Shown: positions 1 through 12,644 of the stretch, in pieces
Layout: every line of letters begins with the position of its first letter
How positions within the stretch are numbered: the stretch's first letter is position 1
Assembly: GCA_030390025.1 (NCBI GenBank)
Contig: CM059432.1
Span: 125,738,001 to 125,802,000, forward strand
DNA: 64,000 nucleotides
From: Squalus acanthias
Taxonomy: Eukaryota
Direction: 5' to 3'
Notes under the pieces: model-generated
What the model was told of the DNA's origin: nothing
Databases searched by the model: none
What the model saw: the letters and a program-made list of their open reading frames with translations, nothing else
Program-made: the position numbers and the translations under genes

Positions 1-522
1 GACAAATAAACGCTGCGGCTAGTCGGCAATAAGGATTGTTAACAACTCGCAGTGCCCGCCCTCTGAGCCGAGGATCACACTGTGAACAACCGCAGATTTC
101 CTCCATTTACAGAAAGAAAGGGAAACGAGACGTGAGGGGGGAGAAAAAAAAAAGAGAGCGAGAGAATCAGCAATTTAAAAAAAACAACCGATTGGATTAT
201 TTCCAGACGACAAACACCCATTGTAAAATTGAAAGAAAACTGCCGCCCTCCTCCTCCTCCTCCCCCAGCGACAATCTTCAGATAAAGAAACCGCTCCCCT
301 CCCCGAAGACAACAGTTGCACAAGCAGAAACACATTCCGGAAATTGGCTTTTAAAAAAAAATGTGTAAAGGAGTGCAGGTCTCTGGATTGTAAATGGCGA
401 CCTGCCCTGTCTCTTACACGTTTTTAAAAAAAAAATACAGATGAGGTAAGTGGGTGGAGAAAGGATCCCATTAACCCTCCCACCCCCCCACCTTCTTCCC
501 CTCTGGTAACCTTAAAATATTA

Positions 523-1071
<549 letters not shown>

Positions 1072-1651
1072 TCAATTTAGAATTTCATCCAACAGCCGAC
1101 GGGAAAATAAAATGTCTCCTTACCTACCGCGGGGACAAATTCAAATCGCCCCTTTCCCCCCCCACCCCCAACCACCACATCAGATGGCACCGCCGCCCAT
1201 TATTGTGAAGATGGTGGGAGTTGTCTCTCACCCACCCGTGGAAATTTAAAAAAAAGCAGTGCGACTCACTCAAGATGGGGGGGGGGGGAAGAGGGGGAAA
1301 AAAACAGCCCGATTTATTTAGGATCAAAAAAGCAGCCAACCCGCTCCTGAAAAGAAAATGGAGGAGTGTGGGTGGGGGTGTGTGTGTGTGGAGAGGGGAG
1401 GGGGTCTCGTTACTCGGCTGCCGACGCCAAGGCGAGAGAGCTTGTGTGGTTGGGGGGGGGTTGTTGGCGGAGCAGTTGAGCTACACGCGGGGCCTCTCTC
1501 TCTCTCTCTCCAAAAAGCGGCGGCCTCCCCCTCCTTCCCTCCCCGCCGGCAGCGTACAAAGGCAGCGCACCTCTAATTTACCGACCCCCCACCCCGGGGG
1601 GCACTGCGCCTCAATGAATGGAGATGGGGGGGGGGAAGCTGCGGCCTTTAC

Positions 1652-1830
1652 CTGCTGGTCCGAATGAGCTTCACAGTGACTCTGCCGCTCGGTGAGTGAG
1701 GAGGAGCCGCCGCGATTCGCCTCACTCGCTGGCTGGGACTGACGGACGCTCGCTGGCTGGCTGGGAGGGAGGGAGGGAGGGAGGGTGGGGGAGGGGCGGG
1801 CGAGCGCTCAGCTGATCCTTGAGCCGCTCT
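1652..1830 (-). other. Probable non-coding first exon (5' UTR) of the 14-3-3 gene
   Basis: Minus-strand donor cag|GTAAAG at 1651-1646. GC-rich, lies just downstream of the CCAAT/CRE cluster. 5' boundary estimated. Confidence 0.55.
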
Positions 1831-1930
1831 CCAACCCACGGGGTTTCCTCCAATGAGACGCAGGGCGAGCTGACGTCAGCCGCTGCCCCGGCAACGGCGG
1901 CATGATTGACGTATCGAATCGATTGTCTGT
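1790..1930. promoter_or_regulatory. TATA-less CpG-island promoter: GC box, CCAAT box, full CRE and half CRE
   Basis: GGGGCGGG at 1793-1800, CCAAT at 1850-1854, palindromic gcTGACGTCAgc at 1869-1880, TGACG at 1907-1911. CpG-dense from about 660 to 2060. Confidence 0.7.
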
Positions 1931-2974
1931 CACACACACAAAAAAGGAGCGAGAGAGAGAGAGAGAGAAAGGCGATCTTTGCTTTATCTCGTTCTGCTGC
2001 CCCCCTCTCCTCCTCCTCCGCCCGCCACTCCTACTCTCACTCTGCCCCTTAAAATCTCTCCACCTCGCTGGGAGTGTTGCCAGGGATATTCTTGCTTTTT
2101 ATTTTTTTTTTGCGCAATGCTACACGTGTGTAGAGATACAGCAGGGGGCACGGAGGGCAACTTAACACACCCAGCAGCAAGCAGCCTTATTGCAGCTCAG
2201 AGCAAACAATGCACTTCGAGAGAAGGGAGGGGAGAGAAAGGTTGATTAAAAAGACACCCTCCAATGCACCACATTTATTACAATCTGTTAAGGCATTGCA
2301 ATAGAGTCATTTTAGCAAGGAAGGCTATTTGGACATTGTGCAGGTGCTGGCTCCACATTGGAGCTCTCCACCCTAATCCAATTTCTTCGCTGTTTCCTTG
2401 TGCGGTACAACATTTTACTTCAAGCGTTTATCTGATGCTCCCTTCAATGTCATAACTGACTCAACTCAATAGCCACTCATGATAATGCATTCCCTATACT
2501 AATAACCCTTTGCATAACAAACATCTTCTAACCTCCATTCATGTTTCTAGTACTAATCTTACATTTGTGTTTCTTGTTACCGATTCACTGACCAGCAGAA
2601 ATAATCTCTCATTATTTACTCTCTCAAATCCTTTGAACAATTCTATTAGATTCTCTTTAACTTTCTCTGCTCCAGGAAAGACAACCCTTGTTTTTCATGT
2701 TTCTTCTCATAACCATAATCTCTCATCCTAGTAAATCTACAACATGGTGCTCAAAACACAAGGCAATATTCCAACTGTGGTTCTTCTAATGCCTGATACA
2801 GATATAAAATACCTCTAGATAAAACCCAGAATGTCGTTTGTATTTTAAAAATTGATTTTCCCATCTGCAATGCTGCTTTTAAAGAATTGTGTATCAGCAC
2901 TCCTAGATCACTCTCTCTCTCTATCCCACCCCCACCACCCCGAACTTCACTGAGAATTTTGCTTATTTAGAGTA

Positions 2975-5326
2975 GACATAGGTAGAAAGAGGGATAAGGT
3001 CCTGTGGGCAGATTTCAGGGAGCTAGGAAAGGGATTAAAAAGCAGGACCTCAAAGGTAGTAATCTCCGGATTACTCCCGTTGCCACGCGCTAGTGAGTAT
3101 AGAAATAGGAGGATAGCGCAGATGAATGCATGGCTGGAGAGATGGTGCAGGAGGGAGGGCTTTAGATTCCTGGGGCATTGGGACTGGTTCTGGGGGAGGT
3201 GGGACCTGTACAGGCCGGACGGGTTGCACCACAACAGAGCTGGAACTAATATCCTCGCGGAGAGGTTTGCTAGTGCTGTTGGGGAGGGTGTAAACCAAGT
3301 TGGCAGGGGGATGGGCACCAGGATGTAACATTAGAAAGGGGAAATAAAGTGCCCAAAGGATTGGGAGAGGCAGAGAGCACTAAAGTAAGAAATAGTAAGG
3401 TATTGGGGGGGTCAAACTAAGAGAGAATACAGGATGGTCTAAGATGGGTTTACAGTGTATGTATGTGAATGCACGAAGCGTAGTAAACAAGGTAAGTGAG
3501 CTGCAGGCACAAATAGCCACATGGGAATATGATGGTGTGGCAATAACTGAGACCTGGCTCAAAAAAGGACAGGATTGGGTATTAAATATTCCTGGTTATA
3601 AAGTGTTCAGGAAAGATAGGAGGTGGTGTGGCAGTATTGGTCAAGGAGAATGTTACAGTGCTGGAAAGGGAGGATGTCCTGGAGGGGTTAAGGACAAATC
3701 TATATGGCTAGAGTTAAGAAATAATAGAGGTGCCATTACACTACTAGGAAAGATACGGAGGAGCAAATTTGCAGAGAAATTACAGAGAGGTGCAAGAACT
3801 ATAAAGTAGTAATAATGGGGGACTTCAACGATCCTAATATAGACTGAGATCATAATAGTGTAAAGGGCAAAGAAGGGGAAGAATTTCTAAAGTGTGTTCA
3901 GAAGAACTTTCTTGATCAGTATGTTATTCCGGCCCGACGAGGGAGGAGGCATTACTGGATCTAGTTCTGGGGAATGAGGTAGGTCAAGTGGAGCAAGTGT
4001 CAGTAGGTGAACATGTCGGGAACAGTGATCATAGTATCATAAGGTTTAGATTAGCTATGGAAAAGGACAGGGAGCAATCTAGAGTAAAAATGTTTAACTG
4101 GGGGAAGGCCAATTTCAGTGGGATGAGAACAGATCTGGCCTGGGTAAACTGGAATCAAAGATCGGCAGGCAAAACTGTAATGGAACAATGGGTTCCCTGG
4201 ATGATGAAAGAATAGAGAGTAAGATGAAGCAGAAAAAGAGCATGTATGACAGATGTCCGGTTGAAAATACATCTGAGAATCAGGCTATATAGAAAGGTCA
4301 GAGGAGAAGTGAAAAAGCAAATAAGAGGGGCAAAGAGCAGGGTATGAGAATAGAATGGCAGCCAACATAAAAGGTAATCCAAAAGTCTTCTATAGGCATA
4401 TAAACTGTAAAAGGGTAGTAAGAGGAGGGGTGGGGCCGATTAGGAACCAAAAAGGAGACCTATGCATGGAGATAGAGGGTATGGCTGAGGTACTAAATGC
4501 GTACTTTCCATCTGTCTTCACCAAGGAAGAGAATGCTGCCATAGACATAGTAAAGGAGGAGGTAGTGGAGATACTTGACAGGATAAAAATTGATAAAGAG
4601 GAGGTATTAGAAAGGCTGGCTGTACTTAAAGTAGATAAGTCACCAGGAGCGGATGGGATGCTGAGGGAATTGAGGGAGGAAATCGCGGAGATACTGGCCA
4701 TAATATTCCAATCCTCCTTGGATACGGGGATGATGCCAGAGGACTGGAGAATTGCAAATGTTATACCATTGTTCAAAAAAGGGTGTAAGGATAAACCCAG
4801 CAACTACAGGCCAGTCAATTTGACCTCGGTAGTGGGGAAGCTTTTAGAAACAGTAATCAGCAACAAAATTAACAGTCACCTGGACAAGTGTAGATTAATT
4901 AAGGAATGCCAGCACGGATTTGTTAAAGGCAAATCGTGTTTAACTAACTTGATTGAGTTCTTTGATGAGGTAACAGAGAGGGTTGATGAGGGTAATGCAA
5001 TTGACGTAGTGTACATGGATTTCCAAAAGGCGTTCGACAAAGTGCCACATAATAGGCTTGCCAGCAAAGTTGAAGCCCATGGAATAAAAGGGACAATGGC
5101 AGCATGGATACGGAATTGGCTAAGTGATAGGAAACAGAGAGTAGTGGTGGACAGTTGTTTTTCGGACTGGAGGAAGGTATACAGTGGTGTTCCACAGGGG
5201 TCAGTTCTAGGACCACTGTTTTTCTTGATATATATTAATGACTTGGACGTAGGTGTACAGGGCACAATTTCAAAACTTGCAGATGACACAAAACTTGGAA
5301 GTATAGTGAACAGTGAGGAGGAGAGT
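2975..5326 (+). mobile_element. CR1 LINE (host copy, 5' part): ORF1 esterase C-terminus, APE endonuclease and RT; degenerate
   Basis: SGNH-type DGLH motif (3080-3328), endonuclease CMYVNARS/AITETW/GNSDH, RT NYRPV, QHGFVKGKSCLTNL, YMDFQKAFDKV, GVPQGSVLGP, ADDTKL. Several frameshifts and stops. Confidence 0.93.
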
Positions 5327-8300
5327 TACGTGGCTGAGAGTTACGTGGATAGCACGTTTCTAGAGGTGGTCACCCCGCAGCTTAAGAGTATGCAGGCAGA
5401 GAGGGAATGGATGACCACCAGACAGAAGAGGAGGACCAGGCAGGTAGTGCAGGAGTCCCTGGAGTGCATCGCGCTCTCCAAACAGTATTCTGTTCTGAGT
5501 ACTGGTGAGGACGATGGTTCCTCTGGGGAGTACAGCCAGAGTCAAGTCCATGGCACCACGGGTGGCTCAGCTGCACAGGGGGCGAGGAAAAAGAGTGGAA
5601 GAGCAATAGTAGTAGGGGATTCGATAGTTAGGGGAGCAGACAGGCGTTTCTGCGGCCACAGACGTGACTCCAGGATGGTATGTTGCCCAACTGGTGCCAG
5701 GGTCAAGGATGTCACTGAGTGGCTGCAGGACACTCTGAGGGTGGAGGGTGAACAGCCAGAGGTCGTTGTCCATATCGGTACCAACGACATAGGCAGAAAG
5801 AGGGATGAGGTCCTGCAGGCAGAGTTTAGGGAGCTAGGAGAGAGATTAAAAAGCAGGACCTCAAAGTTGTAATCTCTGGATAACTCCCAGTATCACGTGA
5901 GTACAGGAATAGGAGGATAGAACAGATGAATGCTTTAGATTCCTGAGGCATTGTAACCGTTTTTGGGGAAGGTGGGACCTGCACAAGCCGGACGGGTTAC
6001 ACCTCAACAGAGCCGGGACCAATATTCTCACGAGGAGGTTTGTTAGTGCTGTTGGGGAGGGTTTAAACTAATTTGGCAGGGGGATGGGCACCAGCACATA
6101 GGAGTAGAAAAGAGGAATAAGGTGCATAAAAGAGTGAGTGTGTTGGATAGTACTAGAGAAGAAAGTAGTATTAGAGGCGGTAGTAGTACCATATTAGATA
6201 GGAGCAGACTACGAAAGACTACGAAAAATTCAAAAATGGGTTTAGAATGCATGTACGTAAACGCATAAGGTGTGGTGAATAACGTTAGTGAGCTACAAGC
6301 ACAATTAGCTGTGTGGCAATATAATGTTGTGGCAATGATGGAAACGTGGCTTAAAAACGGTGAGGACTGGGCACTTAATATTCATGGGTACAAGGTGTTC
6401 AGAAAAGATAGGGAAGGAGAAAATGGAGGTGGGGTGGCAGTGCTGATTAAGGAAGACATTGTAGTGTTGGAAAGGGAGGATGTTCTTGAGGTGATAAGGA
6501 CAGAATCCATTTGGTTAGAGTTGAGGAGCAAAAAGGGTATGATCACGCTATTGGGGGTATTCTATAGGCCTCCAAATAGTGAGAGGGAGGTAGAAGAGAA
6601 AATCTGCAGGGAAATCGCAGAGATATGCAAGAGCTATAGAGTGGTGATATTGGGGGTCTTTAATTACCCAAATAGCAATTGGGATAATGCTAGGGTAAAG
6701 GGAAAGGAGGGGGAGGAATTTCTGAAATGTGTTCAGGAGAATTTCCTTGACCAGTATGTTCTTGGTCCAACTAGGAAGGAGGCATTGCTGGATCTGGTGC
6801 TGGAGAATGAGGTGGGCCAGGTCGACCAAGTGTCTGTGGGTGAACACTTGGGTACGAGTGATCATCATATCATAAGATTTAGATTAGCAATGGAGAGGAG
6901 CAAGGAACAATCTAGAGTGGAACTTCTAAACTGGAATAGGGCTAACTTCAATGGGATGTGAAAGGATCTAGCCAGAGTAAAATGGAACCAAAGACTGACA
7001 GGAAAAACTGTAAGGGAACAATGGGTGATCTTTAAGGAGGAAATGTTCCAAGTACAGGCTAAGTACATTCCAACCAGAGGGAAGGGTAAGGGAACCAAAG
7101 CAAGGGCTCCTTGGATGATGAGGGAGATAGAGAAGATGATGAAACAAAAAAGAGGGTGTATGATGAATGTCAGGTGAATTCTTCAAGGGAGAACCAGACC
7201 CAATACAATAAGTTGAGAGGGGAAGTGAAGATGAAAATAAGATTGGCAAAGAGAGAATATGAGAGTAGAATAGCGGTTAACATAAAAGGGAACCCAAAAA
7301 TCTTCTACCGGCATGTAAACAGTAAGCGGGTAGTAAAAGGTGGGGTGGGGCCTATTAGAGACAAAGAAGATGATATATGCTTAGAGGCGCAGGACAAGGC
7401 TAGAATACTCAATGAGTACTTTGTATCGGTGTTTACTAAGGAGGTGGATGCTGATAAAATATCGGTAGAAGTGGAAAAGGTAGAAGGAGTGGAAGGGGTT
7501 AAAATTGATAGACAGGATGTACCAGAAAGGCTGGGTATGCTTAGAGTGGACAAGTTGCCTGGTCCAGATGGCTTGCATCCCAGGTTACTAAGGGAATTGG
7601 GGGAGGAGATAGCGGAAGGGCTTGCCATAATTTTCCAATCTTCCCTAGATGCGGGGGAGGTGCCTGAGGATTGGAAAGTGGCAAATGTGACACCATTGTT
7701 CAAGAAAGGGTGTAAGGACAATCCTAGTAACTACAGGCCGGTCAGTTTAATATCAGTGGTTGGTAAAGTTTTAGAAACAATAATCAAGGAAAAAATTAAC
7801 GGGCATTTGGAGAGGTTTAAGCTAATTAAGGAGAGCCAACACGGGTTTGTAAAAGGAAGATCGTGTTTGACTAATCTAATTGAATTTTTTGATGAAGTAA
7901 CAGAGACGATTGATGAAGGGAATGCAATGGATGTTGTCTACATGGATTTTCGGAAGGCGTTTGACAAAGTACCACATAGAAGGCTGGTTAACAAAATTGA
8001 GGCTCATGGAATAGGTGGGTCAGTGGCAGCTTGGATAAGGAATTGGCTTAAGGACAGAAAACAGCGAGTTGTGGTAAATGGCTGTTTTTCAGACTGGAGA
8101 ATGGTAGACAGTGGTCAGTGCTGGGGCCACTGCTTTTTTTGATATATATAAATGACCTGGATATTGGAATACAGGGTAGAATTTCTAAATTTACCGATGA
8201 CACCAAACTTGGGGGTGTGGCAAACAGTGATGGTGATATCAATCGACTGCAACAGGACATGGAAAGGCTAGCAGAATGGGCAGACAAGTGGCAGGTGGAA

Positions 8301-9811
8301 TTTAATACAGAGAAGTGTGAGGTGATGCATTTTGGCAGAAGGAACAGAGAGAGGCAATATACACTTAATGGCACAGTTTTAAAGAGTGTGCAGGGACAGA
8401 GGGACCTGGGAGTTAATGTGCATAGGTCCCTGAAGGTGGCAGAACATATTGAGAGCGTGGTTAACAAAGCATATGGGATCTTGGGCTTCATAAATAGAGG
8501 TATTGAGTACAAAAGTAGAGAAGTTATGCTGATCCTTTATAAAGTGCTGATTAGGCCACAACTGGAGTATTGCGTCCAGTTCTGGTCACCACATTTCAGG
8601 AAGGATATGAAGGCCCTTGAGAGGGTGCAGAGGAGATTTACCAGAATGGTTCTGGGGATGGGAGGTTGAGGGGTGATTTGATAGAGGTGCACAAGATTAT
8701 GACGGGTTTGGATAGGCTAGATGGGGAAAGGCTGTTCCCACTAGTTGATGGTACAAGGACTAGGGGACACAGATTTAAGATTTTGGGCAAGAGAAACAGG
8801 AGGGATGTGAGGAAAAATTTGTTTACACAGCGAGTGATGATGACCTGGAATTCGCTGCCGACGGAAGTGGTGGAAGCGGAGACACTCGGGCAGAAATTTG
8901 CGTTCCCATGGGTAAGTGTGCGCTGTGTACTCACCTGTAGGGCCACCAGAAGTGCCGGTTTCGCGCATGCACTGCGCATGCACGGGAAACCGGAACTTCC
9001 GGTCTCGTGAAGGAAGGGGTTCGAGGGTCAACCGCGTGCGCGGGAGAGGCAGCGCGCACGCAGCGAACTTCCGTTTTTTTTACAGGTTTCCCCGTGAGGG
9101 TAAGTCCCTGGCAGCTGCGCGGGGAAAAAGTAGGCACAAGGCCTGCTTTTAACAAGGTAAGTGGTGAATTAACTAAAATTAAAACACTTTTTCCACAGGT
9201 TTATTATTTTTAAATACTTTAAAGAAAGGTAAGTTTATTTTTAGCCCCGTTAAAAACTGTAATTAATTTTTTCAAAAATTTAAATTATTGTTTAAAATAG
9301 TTATTTTTTGTAATTTATAGTTATTTTAAAAATGTGATGTTTTAAAAAAAAATTATTTGAAGTTTTAGTTAGGTTTTGGGGCCGATCTCTATTCATAGAT
9401 TTGACAGGTCTTCCTGTCAAATCTATGAATGGAGATCCCCTGCTCCGATTGGCTCTCCATGGCCCACGTGATCCCAGGGGACGCTTCGAACTAACTGTGC
9501 CCCTGGGATACACAAGCACTGCGCACCGGCAGCTGGAGGAGGCCCAGGATCGGAATTCCACGCGGGCCCAGAGCACAACGGCAGGTGCGCTAGGTAAGTG
9601 CAGGTTGGGGGCTTGCACCCGCGGGAAGCCTCCGACCCGAATTTCTGGCCCTCAATGCTTTCAAGAGGAGACTGGATAGGCACTTGAGGGAAATAAACTT
9701 GCAGGGCTACGGGGATAGAGCGGGGGAATGGGACTGATTGGATTGCTCTACAGAGAGCCGGCACGGACTCGATGGGCCGAATGGCCTCCTTCTATGCCGT
9801 TATGACTCTAT
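5327..9811 (+). mobile_element. Second CR1 LINE nested in the first (ORF1 esterase, ORF2 EN/RT, 3' tail); degenerate
   Basis: ORF1 esterase motifs VVGDSIVRG and VHIGTND, EN 6272-6961, RT 7111-8669, 3' end GATGGGCCGAATGGCCT...TATGACTCTAT. GAGAGT duplicated at 5321-5326 and 9812-9817. Confidence 0.92.
8888..9651 (+). mobile_element. Non-autonomous TIR element (PIF/Harbinger-type MITE), family A copy 1, inserted in the CR1
   Basis: Termini GGGCAGAAATTTG...CGAATTTCTGGCCC. CR1 sequence resumes directly on either side (gagacactc|...|tcaatgctttcaag). Homologous along its length to 18203-18956 in reverse orientation. Confidence 0.85.
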
Positions 9812-10690
9812 GAGAGTGATAGACTTCAGGAAGACATAGACAGGCTGGTGAAATGGGCGGACATGTGGCAGATGAAATTTAAAACAGAAAAGTGTGAAGT
9901 GATACATTTTGGTAGAAAGAATGAGGAGAGGAAATATAAACTAAATGGTACATTCCTGAAGGGAGTGCACAAACAGAGAGACATGGGGGTATGTGTGCAT
10001 AAATCGTTGAAGGTGGCAGGGCAGGTTGAGAAAGCAGTTAAAAAGGCTTACAGGATCCTGCGCTTCATAAATAGAGGTATAGAGTACAAAAGTGTGGAAA
10101 TTATGATGAACCTGTATAAAACAGTGGTTCGGCCCCAACTGGAGTTCTGTGTCCAATTCTGGGCACCGCACTTTAGGAAAGATGTGAAGGCCTTAGAGAG
10201 GGTGCAGAAAAGATTTACGAGAATGATTCCAGGAATGAGGAACTTCAGTTACGTTGATAGACTGGAGAAGCTGGGGTTGTTCTCCTTGGAGCAGAGAAGA
10301 TTGAGAGGAGATTTGATAGAGGTGTTCAAAATCATGAGGGGTCTGGACAGAATAGATAGAGAGAAACTGTTCCCATTGGCAGAAGGGTCGAGAACCAGAG
10401 GACACAGATTTAAGGTGATTGGCAAAAGAACCAAAGGCGAAGTAAGAAAAAACTTTTTTATGCAGCGAGTGGTTATGATCTGGAATGCACTGCCTGAGAG
10501 GGTGGTGGAGGCAGACTCAATCACGGCTTTCAAAAGGGAATTGGATAAGTACCTGAAGGAAAAAAATTTGCTGGGTTATGGGGAAAGGGCGGGGGAGTGG
10601 GATTAGCTGAAGTGCTCTTGCAGAGAGCCGGCACGGGCTCGACGGGCCGAATGGCCTTCTTCCATGCTGTAACCATTCTATGATTCTAGA
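9812..10690 (+). mobile_element. CR1 LINE (host copy, 3' part: ORF2 C-terminus and tail)
   Basis: Continues the 5326 breakpoint, matching the uninterrupted related copy near 52860-52900. VRPQLEFCVQFWAP, LERVQKR, RRLRGDLI motifs and ATTCTATG tail. Confidence 0.93.
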
Positions 10691-10854
10691 GTATATTTCC
10701 ACTTTTGGTTCTTATAACTTACTACTAAAAAAATGATGCAGTGCCTTTTGGCTGTCACTTGCTTTAATTTTTAAATAGGTGAAAATTATATATGTGCAAG
10801 TCAGACACCCCACCTCCATTTCTGTGGTGCTTTAGGTATCTTAACATCACACAG

Positions 10855-11100
10855 GAAAGAAACAAAGAACTTGCATTTATATAGCGCCTTTCATATCCTC
10901 AGGACATCCCAAAGTACTTTACAGCCAATAAAGTACTTTTGAAGTGTAGTCACTGTTGTAATGTAGGCAAACACGACAGCCAGTTTGTGCACAGCAAGAT
11001 TTCACATCCGGAATTAAATAAATGACCAGATCATTTGTTTTAGTGTCTTGTTTCAGGAATAAATATTGGCCAGAAGATAATGATGCCCTTCCAATTTCCT
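10855..11100 (-). mobile_element. 3' fragment of a Deu-SINE-like (SacSINE1-like) SINE
   Basis: Matches the 3' part of 11962-12428 (cttgcatttatatagcgccttt...cccaaag...tttacagccaat). Confidence 0.75.
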
Positions 11101-11961
11101 GAAATCCTATCGTGGGTGGTGGAGAAGGCTGCAAATTTGACATTTGTAATCTTTTCTACAATAAGTCATATCCAGCATCCTCATTGAAATATGCAATTGA
11201 AAGAGAAGATATTGCATTGAACTATTGGGCAGTATATAGGCTCATATTGCTGATCTCCGGACTTTGCCCATGGTTTGTTGCCCTTCACAACACTAGAACG
11301 AGGGCCGAGAATATTTATATTCCAAGGTTGCTGGCTGATTTATTTTGATTTTTACAGGTTGATCCTATTACTTTTTCCCAGTCTAGTTCTACTCCTGTCA
11401 ACCCCACCCCAGGCTTTACCCAGTCCTGTTTGCTTTTTCCAGGCTGATCCCATTATTCCCACACATTCCTACACGACTTCCAAGATGTGACATCATTTTT
11501 AAAATAACCTGCAAACAAAATTATCTCAGAGTCACAAATTCACATTTTTTTCTGCGCAAATTCTTTTTTAAAATGTGCATTCACAACAGGACACCTACTC
11601 TTGATTTGGGTACCCTGCAGGAAGACACTTTAATTTGAAAAGTTTGTTGGAAGACACCTTTTGATTTCCAGTATCCCAGTTTCTCAATGTCTCAACCACT
11701 GAGACATCACAACCAAGCTCAGTGCTGTCCTCACCCGCCATCCAAACATGCGAGGGGATTCTGGATAGCGATCAATCAGGAGAGTTAGATCCTCTTGTAT
11801 AAATGTGCGATTTGCACTACAGCTTGTTTTATCTTCTATCTATATTATGAAGAACTGTGCAAAATATTTTATTCTACATTTCTGCCCTCCAAGTGCTCAT
11901 ACTTCATGTATGTGCCCAGAATAAAATTATGTTGGCAACCTTTTTGAATGTGGGGGCTTCT

Positions 11962-12428
11962 AAAGAAAAACTTGCATTTATATAGCGCCTTTCACGACCA
12001 CCGGACGTCCCAAAGCTCTTTACAGCCAATGAAGTACTTTTTGAAGTGTAGTTGCTGTTATAATGTAGGAAATGCGGCAGCCAATTTGCGCACAGCAAGC
12101 TCCCACAAACAGCAATGTGATAATAACTAGATAATCTGTTTTAGTGATGTTGATTGAGGGATAAATATTGGCCAGGACACCAGGGATAACTCCCCTGCTC
12201 TTCTTCAAAATATTGCCATAGGATCTTTTACATCCACCTGAGAGAGCAGACGGGGCCTCGGTTTAACATCTCATCCGAAAGATGGCACCTCCGACAGTGC
12301 AGCACTCCCTCAGTACTGCACTGGAGTGTCAGCCTAGCTTTATGTGCTCAAGTCCCTGGAGTGGGACTTGAACCCACAACCTTCTGACCCAGAGGCAAGG
12401 GTGCTACCAACTGAGCCATAGCTGACAC
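11962..12428 (-). mobile_element. Full-length tRNA-derived SINE, Deu-SINE/SacSINE1-like
   Basis: Minus-strand head with A box TGGCTCAGTTGG and B box GGTTCAAGTCC. L2-like tail GAAAGGCGCTATATAAATGCAAG. Second copy at 60244-60618. Family name from recall. Confidence 0.8.
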
Positions 12429-12644
12429 ATATCTTAGCTAAGTCTAAATTATTCTCATCTTGCCAAACATCAATAAATGTGCACTTTGAGTAGCATTTAG
12501 TAGATATCAATCAGTAGCAGGAACCCAAGCTAATTTTCTCCTTCCAGGAATGCTGAGACAAGTTGCATTGTCTGCACTGCTATTTTGGCTGAAATAGGCT
12601 AACTCAGCATAGAATACAGATTGAATTTGGGATCAAAGCTCTGC

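Noticed and set aside
4390..5289. Antisense ORFs over CR1 RT (also 7305-7721 and 53425-53823)
   Set aside because: Shadow frames opposite LINE ORF2, recurring in each copy, with no independent evidence.
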